64,000 nucleotides of DNA, from contig MU057640.1 in NCBI GenBank assembly GCA_013265495.1, forward strand, positions 1,745,303 through 1,809,302, in the 5' to 3' direction. Both the position numbers and the translations under genes were made by a program. The notes beneath the pieces are model-generated. The model did not search any database, was not told the origin of the DNA, and saw only the letters and a list, made by a program, of their open reading frames with translations. Positions 11,831 through 22,851 of this stretch are shown here, piece after piece. The DNA is from Vicugna vicugna. Lineage: Eukaryota. Each line of letters opens with the position of its first letter. The first letter of the stretch is position 1.

Positions 11831-13099
11831 CACGGCTGGTCCTCAGAATACCAGAAGGGGCCGGGCTCCAAGCGGGGGAGTAGAGGAGGGTCCCTCCACC
11901 CCCAGCCACGCATCTTCTCTCGAGCCCCAGAACGGTTTTACTCGTGTTCAAGATTTCCTGAAAGTCTCTTTCAGCTCCAGCCTTTGCCCTCCCTGCTCAC
12001 CCCCACCCCCAAATTGGGCCGTACACCAGCCCTGGGACCAGCCAACAAAAGGGATGTTGGACATCCTCTTCATCTCCTCTGGCCTTTCCCCAGCCAAAAA
12101 TGTCCTCCTCAGGCTGCAGAAGAAACTGTCCGCTGGTGGAGGATGGGCAAGCAGAGGCTGGGGCGGGGAGGGGGTGTACGATGGGGAGAGGAGCAGGGAG
12201 CTCCGGCAGGGGCCTAGAGTGCCCAGCTGTGCTGAGTCAGTTCCCGTGGAGGGGAAGAGAATCCTACTGAAAGGACCGTCAGGGAGCGGAACAAGAGGTC
12301 TGATTCTCAGTCTAGGAGCCGAGGGGTGGGCTTTGAAGGATGTGGAAGATAACGTTTCCTTTGATCAGCGTTTATGGCTAAGAACCACCAGGAAGGAAGG
12401 GCAGGCTTGTCTCCCGGGAAGGCTCTGCTTATACTAACTTTGTAGGGTCCAGTTTCACGGTGGAGGATACCAGGCCTCCCTGTCTGAACACCTGCGGCTC
12501 CCTGGGGGGCGGTCAGGCCCACCATCAGCCTCCTCCCTTTGGAGCACGTGGCCCAGCCAGAGGAGCCCTGGGCTCTGCAGGTCCTGAGAGGTGGTTCCCA
12601 CTGGAGTCGGCCCACTGGGGAGGCCTGTGCACGGGGCAGACACAAAGGCTCCGGACTCAAGGTCCTGCTGAAAATGGCAAGGCTGTTCTGTGACACCAGG
12701 GCGCAAGTTGTCAGTGTGCTCTTGCCTGGCTTTCAGTGCCCACCTCCCATCCCAGGACCTGGCCAGGCTTCTAGAAAATGTGCACAAAGGCCAACAGACT
12801 TACCGCCACACATAGATTCTTTCCAGAGCCCTTCTTATCCACCCAAATGTAGACGCTCACATTTCAAAGGGACCTTACAGCCCAGGGTTCAGTCCCTCTC
12901 ACGCAGGACTGCTATCAGCTGGTCAACCTGTCTGGCTTGAGTAGTTCCCAGAAGGCTGTCTGCTTGATTAGGGAGTCTATTGAAGGGACTTCGGTTAATG
13001 GAAATTTGTTCATGACTTGAACCTAAAATCTGCTCCTTGTGAATTCCACACACCTGGTTCTGCTCTCTAGTCCAAGGAAGAAAATGCCTCATCAATCAT

Positions 13100-13255
13100 C
13101 TAATTGGTCTCACCCCAGAGAAGGTGAGGACAGAGTTGTTTGCCTCTTTAATAAAGTGGAGGCTAAGGGGCTTTGAAAAAGCTGCAGGTGGAATTGGAGA
13201 TGGAACCCAAGTGTTTGAATTTCCCACGCCCATTCTCCTGCCATTACTCTGCATT
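13100..13255 (-). mobile_element. MIR fragment
   Basis: ctcaccccagagaaggtgagg...aaagtggaggctaagggg...ggaattggagatggaacccaagtgtttgaattt. Confidence 0.5.
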
Positions 13256-14280
13256 TCTCAATCCTCGCCCAGTGTCACTGAGTTCCTACTGTGTGCCCTG
13301 AAATACCGGGTGGGTGCTGGAAGCGGAGACCTGGACGCTCTCTCCATAGCCATGATTCTAGCTCAGGGCACACACAGAGGATTCAAATCACCTGCTCAGC
13401 CAGCAGCCTGTGGGGCCTCATCCTCACCCTGGAAGTTCAGCCTAGAAAATCAGCTTTCTTCCTTACTTTCAGCTCCCCCGCCCTCCACCCCAGCACAGGC
13501 CGACAGGTAGGAAAGGGGGAACGTAGGGAAGATGATCTGAACCAGAGAAGAGGAGAGCCTGAACTTGAAAGGAAGAAGAAAGGCCTGCAGAGGAGTTTGA
13601 AAATGATAGCTGTCAACGCTGGGCTTGGAAAGGCGGTACAGAGAGCTCGTGGGTGTGGGGCGGGGGGATGCTCACCGGGCGCCAACGCTTAGTCGTGTGG
13701 CAACAAGGAAGTAGGGAAGCAGGGCCGGCGGTGCCAGAACCGCAAGCCAGAACTGCAATCCAGAACTTTCAACAAAGGCAGGCCCTAGAAACTTCCCAGC
13801 ACCTGGGCAATCGGGCCAGCCCCGCCCCCCGCCGATGGGCTTTCGTCTCTTAAAGGCGCAGCGCCCTGATGCCGGTGCTGGCTGAGGGTCCAGCCGTCAG
13901 CTACTCTCCCTGAGCCGGAAGCACTCACCCCGCCGAATCATTCAGGCACACGCTCTGCTGATGGTGGATACAAAAGCCGACCGGAGAGGAAAGAAGGCAG
14001 AGTTGTGATTTTGACTGTGCCCATTACTCAGCAATCCCTGAGGCCTGGGAGACGAAGTCACATCAGAGGACAGCAGCTCCTACTCCTTAACTTGAGAAAG
14101 CGGAAGAAGGAGCCGTTCCCCTCAAGACGGGCAGGCAGAACTGCTTGTCAAAGCCAGGCATCTTGCTGCGGTGCAGGCTGGGGCTGGGCCCAGCCTCGTG
14201 CCTTCCTAACCTGCTCCCAGTCACAGCCAGTGCTGCTGGGGCCTTTGCGAGCAAAGCTCTGCAGGGTGTGAACGGGGAGA

Positions 14281-14294
14281 TTTGGCGCGCCAAA
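14281..14294. promoter_or_regulatory. Perfect palindromic E2F-type element
   Basis: TTTGGCGCGCCAAA is its own reverse complement and contains TTTSSCGC on both strands. Confidence 0.4.
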
Positions 14295-15040
14295 AGAGGA
14301 GGCATTTGGGCAATTTGGAAGATCTCTGGCAATCAAAACAACTGTTACATAGAGTTCCTGGGAGCTGAGGGTGGGGGTGGGCGTGGGGGAGGGAGAGCAG
14401 ATGTCAGAGGGTGTGGGGCTCCTGAGCGAGTGACAGCACCTGCCCACCTCCTGTCACCTGCCCACCTCAGGATATCAGAAGGCCGTGCTCCTCGGAGGAG
14501 CGCTCTGGATAAAGGCGGATCAGTGTTTGTGGGAAGAGGACAGGAGTGGGGACGTCTGTCCAACTCTGTCCTGCCCAGTCTTGCTTCCGGCTCCTCCCAG
14601 CATCAACCAGGCTGTACCTCCTGGGTCTCAGGCATCCAGGCCCCCTCTCCTCTGCCCACTGGGTGTTCCTGGCATCTTAGGGGCTCTCCACACCTTTCTC
14701 CCCTCTCTCTCCCACCCTATCCAGTGTCTTCTCATCCTCCCCATGACCTCAGAGAGCACGCTGACATAAACTAGAGACTCAGACATATGTCAGGTCAGGC
14801 CGTTTCCCTGGTCAAACCCATCCAGTGGCTCTCACGTCACTCAAATCCTCTCACCGCTTCCAACGCCTCTCGTGACTGGCCGCCCACTTCCCTCAGCCCG
14901 GTTCCTTCCGTCGCCGCCTCACGGACGCCTCCTCGTTTTTCCTCACTCACACCCCACAGGCGCCTGACTTAGGGCCCCTACACTGTTGTGTGGGGCTAAT
15001 TCCCTCAGCTCCTTCACATCTTTGCCTAAAAGTCCCCTTT

Positions 15041-15683
15041 TTTCACACAAAACTTGTACGTGAATGTTCACAGCGGCACTATTGACAACTGCCGAAAGGT
15101 GGAAGCGACCCAAGTGTCCGCTGACAGAGGAGTGGATGAGTCCGTGCAGTGGGCTCGTGCTGTCCCAGAGGGGAGAGAGGCACTGGCACCGCCACAGCGT
15201 GGAGGCACCTTGAGACCGTTGTTACGTGAAAGAAGCCACACACAGGAGGCCACATATTGTGCGATTTCATTTATACGAAATACTTACAAGAGACTGATCT
15301 GCAGAGACAGAAAGTTGCCTGGCTGAATCACTATGCTGTGTGCCAGAAACTAATACAACATTGTAAATCAACTATATTTCAATTTAAAAAGAGAAAGCAG
15401 TTCTTAGCTGCAGTCTTACACACACACAAACACATACACACACACACAAACACACACAGAAGAAAAGAAGGAAAAAAAGAAAGTAGATTGGTTGCCTAGG
15501 GCTGGAGGGAGGGAGGATTGGGGACCAGCCAATGGGAACAGAGTTTCAGTTAGGGGGATGGAAATGTTCTAAAATTGACAAGGTAGTGGTTCTACAAATC
15601 TATGAATATACTAAAAACCATTTAGTCGTACATTTTAAATGGGAGCAGGGTGTGTGAATTCTATCTCAATAAAGCTGCTACCA
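15041..15683 (+). mobile_element. L1MB-type 3' end with a 13-bp TSD, itself interrupted at 15316-15477
   Basis: cacacaaaacttgtacgtgaatgttcacagcggcactatt...gatggaaatgttctaaaattg...tatctcaataaagctg. Flanked by aaaagtccccttt at 15028-15040 and 15684-15696. Confidence 0.85.
15316..15477 (+). mobile_element. Very short cetartiodactyl-type L1 3' end with extra sequence and CA/A-rich tail
   Basis: ctgaatcactatgctgtgtgccagaaactaatacaacattgtaaatcaactatatttcaatttaaaaa matches the 3' ends at 33120-33200 and 37453-37520. Flanked by agaaagt at 15309-15315 and 15478-15484. Confidence 0.75.
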
Positions 15684-16291
15684 AAAAGTCCCCTTTCAGT
15701 GGGCCTGCCCTGCCTGCTCTGTCTAGACAGCAAGCCGTCCTCACCCAGCTGCTTCAGTCCCTGTACCCTACTCCATTCCCCCCCACCCTCAGTAACACTT
15801 AACATCTAACAAACTAAGCAAGTGACTTATTTTTTAAGTTAAAAAAAAAAGTTTGTTCCTCTCTCTCCTCCTATAATATAAGGTCCATGAGGGGAGGGAC
15901 GGTTTCCTCTTGGTTCTGCTCACTGATGCATGGTACCTAGAGCAGAGCCTGGCTTCAGCAGACACTCAGTAAATATCTGTTGGATGGATAGATGAACAGA
16001 CAAGTGCGAGGGAAGTTCTAGGGCTGAGTATGTAGTAGGTGCTCAATTAATGCTTGTTACTAGATTAGCACAGGGTGATTTGCAGGAAGTGGGAGGATAC
16101 ATTTTGCTTCACAGAGTTTGCACCCAGCCCCTCTCTTCTCTGTACATCTGTTTTCAGCGTTTGCTGGAGGTAGAGCTTCCTGCAGGGAGAGAGGTGGCCA
16201 CAAACTCCCACAAGCCTTGGGTACCAGACAGGAGTTAGCAACCGCCACCTGGAAGACCTGCTTCTGCACAAAATGGGCAGCTCTACACTGC

Positions 16292-17635
16292 TGTTAAAAA
16301 GTTGTGGTAAAAGTCACAGAACATAAAATTTATTGCTTTAACCATCCTTTAGTGTACAGTTTAGTAGCATTAAATACATTCACATTGTTGTGCAACCATC
16401 CACCTCTAGAACTTTTTCATCTTCCCAAACTGAGACGCTGTACCTGTTAAACATTAACTGCCCACTCCCCCAGCCCCTGGCAACCACCCTTCTACTTTCT
16501 GTCTCTGTGAATTTGACCACTCTCGGTACTGCATGCAAGTGGAATCATAAAGTATTTGTCCCTTTGTGTCTGGCCTATTTCACATGGCATAATGTCTTCC
16601 AGCTTCATTATGTATCAGAATTTTCTTCCTTTTACTTAATTTTTTTCTCCCTCACTTTCTAAAATTGAAGCATAATTGATTTACAATGTTGTGTTAGTTT
16701 CAAGTATACAGCAAAGTAATTCAGTTATACATACATATATATTCTTTTTCATATTCTTTGTCATTATAGGTTATTACAAGATATTGAGTATAGTTCCCTG
16801 TGCTACACAGTAGGTCCTTGTGGGTTATCTATTTTATAGATAGTAGTGTGTATACATTAACCCCAAACTCCTAATTTATCCCTCCCCACCTTTCCCTTTT
16901 GGTAACCATAAGTTCATTTTCTATGTCTGTGAGTCTGTTCCTATTTTGTAAATAAGTTCATTTGTGTCTTTTTTTATATTCTACATATAAGCAATATCAT
17001 ATGACATTTGTCTTTCTCTGTCTAACTTACTTCACTTAGGATGATAGTCTCTAGGTCAATCCATGTTACTGCAAATAGCATTAGTTCATTCTTTTTGATG
17101 GCTGAATACTATTTCACTGTGTATATATACCACATTTTCTTTATCCAATCATCTGTTGATGGACATTTAGGTTGTTTCTATGTCTTGACTATTGTAAATG
17201 GTGCTGCTATGAACGTTGGGGCGCGTGTATCTTTTCGAATTAGATTTCCCTCTGGATATAGGCCCAGAAGTGGGATTGCTGGATCATAAGGTAAGTCTAT
17301 TTTCAGTCTTTTAAGGAAATTCCATACTGTTCTCCATAGTGCTGCACCAATTTACATTCCCACCAGCAGTGTAGAATTTTCTTTTTTTAAAAAGCGGAAT
17401 AATATTGCATTGTATGTATATACTGCATGTTGTTTACCTGCTCATCGGTCGATGGACACCTAGTTGGCATCCACCTTTTGGCTACGTGAGTCATGCTGCC
17501 ATGAACATGGGTGTACAAATACCTGTTCAAGTCACTGCTTTTAATTCTTTTAGGTACGTGCCCAGAAGTGGAGTTGCTGGATCACGTGGTAACTCTATGT
17601 TTAACTTTTGGAGGATCTGCCAGGCTGTTTCCACA
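16292..17635 (-). mobile_element. L1MB (L1MB2/3-like) 3' end, split by a younger L1
   Basis: gtggtaaaagtcacagaacataaaattta...cattgttgtgcaaccatc... resumes at 17373 with agaattttc...gaataatattgcattgtatgtatatac. Confidence 0.8.
16634..17372 (-). mobile_element. Younger 5'-truncated cetartiodactyl/camelid L1
   Basis: attgaagcataattgatttacaatgttgtgttagtttcaagtatacagcaaagt...gctgcaccaatttacattcccaccagcagtgt. TSD agaattttctt at 16617-16627 and 17373-17383. Confidence 0.9.
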
Positions 17636-17749
17636 CCACTCTGCTCTTTGCATCTAGTGAGTTCAAGGGCTCCACTCCAGCCTCCTAGCCCACGTCCACA
17701 TCCCCAGGCTGCTTGGGGCGGGCACTGCGCCCAGTGGTCTGCATTCATC

Positions 17750-17880
17750 ACCCAGGGAGCAGGAACTCCTGCTCCCATTTTATAGGTGAGATGACATTGA
17801 TGCCCGGGGAGAATGTGGGCTTGGCCACAGAGCTGGGATTTGAGTGTCGTCCTCTGACTCCAAGTCCTATTTGCCTCACA
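17750..17880 (-). mobile_element. MIR fragment
   Basis: ctcccattttataggtgagatgacattgatgccc...agagctgggatttgagtgtcgtcctctgactccaag. Confidence 0.6.
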
Positions 17881-17964
17881 AGTGGTACTTGGTGGCCTCC
17901 TGTGTGTCCAGCCTTGCCTGCAGATGTATTTATTTAATCATCAGTTTTTAAAAATAACAATGTA

Positions 17965-18357
17965 TTACCGTCTGTGGGAAATGATACTGTTTCCAATTAT
18001 TCAGTGTCCCTGCCTGTGGGAGGCACACACCCTCAACACTGATGTCAGACCTGACTCACCATCGACATTGGACTGGGCTGCGTGCTTTGCTTTGGCCCAT
18101 CCAGGGTGAAGTCACAGGTGCCCATCATCCTAGGCATGAGGTTCAGTCATTGCTCCTTTTCCTCTTCTCCAAGAATGGGGTGTCCCAGATGAGGGCTTCC
18201 TCTTCAGCCTGGACCCCAGAATAAAGTCACGCAGAAAGAGGCTGAGACGGAGCACTGACCTGGGGTCCACGTGGAACATGACTGAGACATGCATCTCTGT
18301 TGTTGTGGGTCACTGAGAGCTTGGGGTTCTTCAACTCGCAAAAGCTGTTTGACATAA
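17965..18357 (+). mobile_element. MaLR LTR, MLT1I/J-like
   Basis: ttgctttggccca...tcccagatgagggcttcctcttcagcctggaccccagaat...tctgttgttgtgggtcactgagagcttggggtt. Confidence 0.55.
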
Positions 18358-18369
18358 CTTCTGCTGTTT

Positions 18370-18550
18370 AAAACTTGGGAAACTTCCCAAGCAACTCCAA
18401 ATTTCTGGCTTCTTTTGGAAAAATAAGATTTGCTATCCCGTCTTACGTTGTCACTTGGCTGCCAGTGGCTAGAACTACATGGTAGCTGCTGCTTTGAGAT
18501 GGAGCCTGTGTCTCCCCATTGGCCACAGTCCTCACCAATCTTCCCTGCCC
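18370..18550 (+). mobile_element. MER102-like hAT-Charlie fragment
   Basis: aaatttctggcttcttttggaaaaataagatttgc...tagctgctgctttgagatggagcctgtgtctccccattggccacagtcctcacca. Confidence 0.55.
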
Positions 18551-18926
18551 CAGCCAGGGTCTCTGGGCCATTCCCCAGGTTCTGCTAAGACCCATTGGTG
18601 CTAAGACTGTGCCCTTTGTGACTCTTGTGAGAGACAGGAAGACATCTGGTATCAGCTTGAGACTCAGGAGATGCAGGTTCTAGTTAGCGGCAGTCCAGGT
18701 GTGTAATCTGGGACAATATCACTTCCCTTCCCTGGTCCTCTGTTTCTTTTTCCATGAGAGGAGTTATAACCAGGAGATGTCAGGACATCTCTGAGGTGGC
18801 ACTCCGGCTAGAGACTGAAGCCAGGAGAGCAAAGGGCTAAGTCAGTCATAAAACAGGTTCCCCTGGCCTGAGGCCGCAGAGGGACACAGTAGAGAGGTCG
18901 GGTAAATGGATAGCATTATGCATGCC

Positions 18927-18953
18927 TGCACACACACACACACACACACACAC
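18927..18953. repeat. (CA)n microsatellite
   Basis: Direct reading of the sequence. Confidence 0.95.
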
Positions 18954-20542
18954 AACTTCCACACTCACACATGGAGTCCCACTCCTTCACTGCACACTCA
19001 GCTGCAGAGAAAGGATGTTGGTGTCCATCCAGGGTACAGAACCCTGTCGGTTCCAGCAAGAACCTTGGGCTTTTCTGCCTCAGGGACCACCCTGGCAGCT
19101 CTGGAGAGGGCAGCCATGATGTTAGCAGCCCCTCTGCCACAACCTCTCACGGGTTCAGACAGGAGAGCATCCTGGTCAAGCCCCACCGGGAGCATCATGC
19201 CAGGAACCAGGAATCTGGCTCTGCCCTGGACACGTGGAGCACCCCCCCCCCAAAGCCTGAAGGCTCTCCTCATCTCTCTCCCGCTCCAGGCAGTTTGTGG
19301 AGATTTCCAGAAACAGTAGGTAGGTTTTCAGGTGGATGAAACTTTCTGCCAGTCACACTTAACCCCTTCCCTGACTAAAGCTCACTGGGGCGCTGTGGGC
19401 TGGCCCTCCACTCTTACAGGATGGACACGCTGGGAGGATTTCCAAAGGCCTTGACCACTGGCTGATGGATTTGCTGCCCCCAAGTCTGTCTTCAGAGCTC
19501 TGCTCCATGTTCCCAGAGTCATAAAGGCCCAAACCCCATGCCATGCACCCAAATCAGGAACTTGGGATGAAAGGTTGTTTGAAGGGGCCCGTGGAGGGTT
19601 TGGGAGGCCTGGCAGCATTCTGAACCTGCTGCCTCTCCCTCATTAAAAACTTTGTTGGGAGGCAAAGCTTCTGCAAACAGAAGAGTACACATGTCACAAG
19701 TGTAGAGTTTGTTGAATTTTGACAAAATTAACAACCTGTTAAATCTGGTCACTGCAAAGATTTGGCTGCTCCCTCCAAGGGCACAACGGCTGTGTGAACA
19801 CACCATTGCACTTGCTAAAGGTGTCTCAGAGGTGATGACACTAACCCGGTGCTGCTCAGGGGCCCGAGAGCACTGCCCCCTTATCAGAGGATGCGCCGAC
19901 CTTGGTGAGGGGGGCTGTGCCGGAGCCCTGGTGTGCATGTCTGGAGAGAGAGCTCGGGCACTCTGGAGCTCCAAGCAGAGGGGCCAGGGCGGCGGTGAGG
20001 ACACGGCCCTATGTCCGCACCCTTCATTCAGTGCTCAGTCCTAGTGAGGATTAGTCTGGATTTGTTTAAAGCAAAATATCTATTTTTTAAATGACAGAAT
20101 TCCTTTTTTAAAAAATACTATGTGTGGCTTTAGCGTTCCAAGAATTTTAAACTTTGGTTTGCTTTATCCAAGAAAGTGCTGCTTGGTGACGATTAAAGGT
20201 ACACTCTTCTGTGCAGCAAAATGAGTTCTTTCGGCTGTGCTCGGGACCAGAGACTGCTGGGCAGGGTGGGCACCTTAGGGCTGGCACCGGCCTCGTCGTC
20301 TGCTCTGCCCCTCGCTACTTTTATCTGCACTCTCCTTACCTGCCTGGGATGCTGCAAGGAGCTCCTGTCACGTGGACTGGATCTTACATCTCTTCCCCTC
20401 TTCGATTCCTTCAGCTGAGCCCCAAAACAATTCTATTTGGGTTATTTCCCTATTAATGGCTCTCCATTGCTTCTCACGCAGCATTCCAGACTGTCATCCA
20501 GCGCCAATCTGTCTCCTCAGTCTAACCATCAGCTACCACTCC

Positions 20543-21045
20543 TGTGGACTAAGAATGCGCCCACCATAGCAATAAACAAAGACACTGCAGCCATCAGCCA
20601 CTACAGGCCACCCCGACCATGAGCCTGAGGGAATGCAGGATGGAGACGCGCAGACTGCCGGCCTCAGCAGGCAGACAGCCCTGCCAGTGCACCCGAGGGG
20701 ACTCAGGATGGGAAAGAACAGGATACTGACCCTAGATAACTAAGGTGCATGTCAATAGAATGATTTCAACCAGCCCAGACTTTTGCGTCTTCCCATACAT
20801 AGAAAAGTGCCAAATTCCTTGAGAGATCTGGTTTTCTCTAATTAATAGTAATCTTTCCATGTTCCAGCTAGCTACCTGGTCTTTGTTGCAAAAACTCCAA
20901 TATATCCTGATTCCTCCCCTCTGCACAGCAGTCTCTTAGAGCGATCTGAGAGGCCACCTTCTGGACTTGAAATCCTCAGAAAGTCTGCCAAATAAAATAG
21001 ATCTCTCTCCTTTTGGGTTGTGCATTTTTTTTTCCCCAGTCGACT
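20543..21045 (+). mobile_element. ERV1-class solo LTR (laurasiatherian/cetartiodactyl MER41-like group), copy 1
   Basis: TG start, AATAAA near 20992, end cagtcgac. Shares blocks (gaggggactcag, ccctagata, cccatacatagaaaag, ctacctggtctttgttg) with the copy at 22378-22851. Confidence 0.75.
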
Positions 21046-21149
21046 CACTTTCCGTGGCTCTTGTGCCTCAGTCAGGCTGCAGGAACTCTCGTTCCCACGT
21101 CTCATGTTTCCTCTCCTTATGCCATTCCTTTCCGTCTGGAATGGCTTCC

Positions 21150-21420
21150 TTGTGAAGCTATAGCTTCTTACAGCACTTCCTCCAGGAAGCCCTCTGGAGT
21201 CTCAGTTGACGTGATCTTATGAACCTTTCTGTCCCCTCAGGAATTCTTTGATGCCTCCCTCATGTCACTGTGCACCTTCTGCCTGGTTGGAGTCATTCTC
21301 ATCCGCGATGTCTCCATGAGGCTGTGTGCTCCTCAAGGCCGGGGCTTTTAAAAATTCATCTTTGTCATCCCAATACTCAGCACACAGCAAGTGCTCAACG
21401 AGAGTTATTTAAAGTGTTAT
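21150..21420 (+). mobile_element. L2 3' fragment
   Basis: cacttcctccaggaagccctct...ggctgtgtgctcctcaaggccgggg...ttcatctttgtcatcccaatactcagcacacagcaagtgctcaac. Confidence 0.6.
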
Positions 21421-21429
21421 GACTCTGAT

Positions 21430-21575
21430 CCCACTTCTGATCACCAACTAAAGATTCCAGCCACCAATTTGCAATGTATGTGTGGGTGGGGTGGGTGGAG
21501 GTGTCCCACACATCCAAGCAAACCTCCCACACCAACTGGGCATCCTACAGTTGTGTTCAGCGCCGACACTGTCAG
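21430..21575 (-). mobile_element. MER21-like LTR fragment
   Basis: cccacacatccaagcaa...acaccaactgggcatcctacagtt...gacactgtc, similar to 43930-43990. Confidence 0.5.
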
Positions 21576-21579
21576 CATC

Positions 21580-22080
21580 CGTATTAATTTCCTAACACTG
21601 CTGTAACCAATTTCCACAAATTTAGCAGCTTAAAACGGCTCATATTCATTACCTTCCAGTCCTGGTGATCAGAAGTCTGAAATGGGATTCAGTGGGCTAA
21701 AATCAAGGTGTCAGCAGGACTGTGTTTCTTCTGGAAGCTGAAGGGGAGAATCCATTTCCCTGCCTTGACCAGCTTCTAGAAGTGGCCCCCATTCCTTGGC
21801 TCGTGGCCCCCTTCACCTCTAACTCCCGCAATGCCTGGCTGAGCCTTTCTTATGCTGCCTCACACTGACTCTGACTCTCCTGCCTCCTTTTTTCCACATT
21901 TAAGGACACTTGTGGTTACATGGGGCCCACCTGCTTAATCCAGGAGACTCTCCCTATGTAAAAGTCAGCTGATTAGCAAACTGAATTCCCTCTTCAGTCC
22001 TCTTTGCCATGTAATGTATTCTCAGCTTTCAAGGATCAGGATGTGGACATCTTTGGGAAGCTGTTTTTCTGTCTATCACA
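21580..22080 (-). mobile_element. MaLR solo LTR, MLT1C-like
   Basis: gtattaatttcctaacactgctgtaacc...gggctaaaatcaaggtgtcagcagg...ggagaatccatttccctgcctt...ggatgtggacatctttggg...tctatcaca. Confidence 0.85.
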
Positions 22081-22377
22081 GTGTCCTTGGCCAAACCGGA
22101 TCTCACAGCCACCACCAGCTGCAAGAGAGGCTGGTAAGTCAGTTAGCCTGTGGAAGGCAGCCAAAGAGCACGGTCGGCTTAGCTCGCATCTCATCGCCTG
22201 AATCTGGTCCCTTTGTTATCTCAAGTCAATCAGGGTTGCACTCGCAAGGAAAAGGGTGAAGGACCTGCTACTAGGCCGGCTGCTAACTGCCTGCCGCAGC
22301 CAGCAGCCAGGAGCCGTGACTTTGAGCACACGTGCTGTTTGCACTTTGTAATGAGATGGGATGTGAATGTTGCACCC

Positions 22378-22851
22378 TGTGAATGAAAACTACTGCAAAC
22401 CACATCAGTAAACAAAGAATGCTGAAACCATCAAGTCATCAGCGGCTGCCGCCACCCCCCAGCGAAGACAAGCCTGCAGCCTCTGCAGCCACTCACAATG
22501 GTGCACTCTGAGGGGACTCAGAATAAGAAAGGACAGGATATTGGCCCTAGATAGCTAGCTGCTTGTCAAAGGAATGAATTCAATGAACTCAAATATTTGC
22601 TTCCTCCCATACATAGAAAAGCACTAAATTCTTTAACTTGAGATGCCTGGTTTTCTTTAGATAACAAGTAATCTTTTATTGTTCCGACTACCTGGTCTTT
22701 GTTGTAAAGCTCCTATATGTCCTGGCTCCTCCCCTGCCTCTTGGGAGCCGTCCCTCAGAGCCATCTGAGAGGGTGTCATCCTGGCTCGAGTCCTCCTGCC
22801 AAATGCAACAGAACTCTCAACTCGTAGGCTGCGCATTTATTTCAGCTGACA
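22378..22851 (+). mobile_element. ERV1-class solo LTR, copy 2, with 4-bp TSD
   Basis: TG...CA termini (tgtgaatgaaaa...cagctgaca) flanked by accc at 22374-22377 and 22852-22855. Confidence 0.85.

Larger units (their letters stand above)
14770..16000 (+). mobile_element. L2a 3' region, split by an L1MB insertion (L2 parts ~14770-15040 and ~15697-16000)
   Basis: L2 motifs tttccctggtcaaacccatccagtggctctc... and aaggtccatgaggggagggac...acctagagcagagcctggc...actcagtaaatatctgttggatggatagatgaa. Confidence 0.75.

Noticed and set aside
10896..12437. Cluster of 185-232 aa ORFs
   Set aside because: Pro/Ser/Gly-rich composition typical of non-coding GC-rich DNA, partly overlapping L2, with no domain similarity or convincing exon structure.
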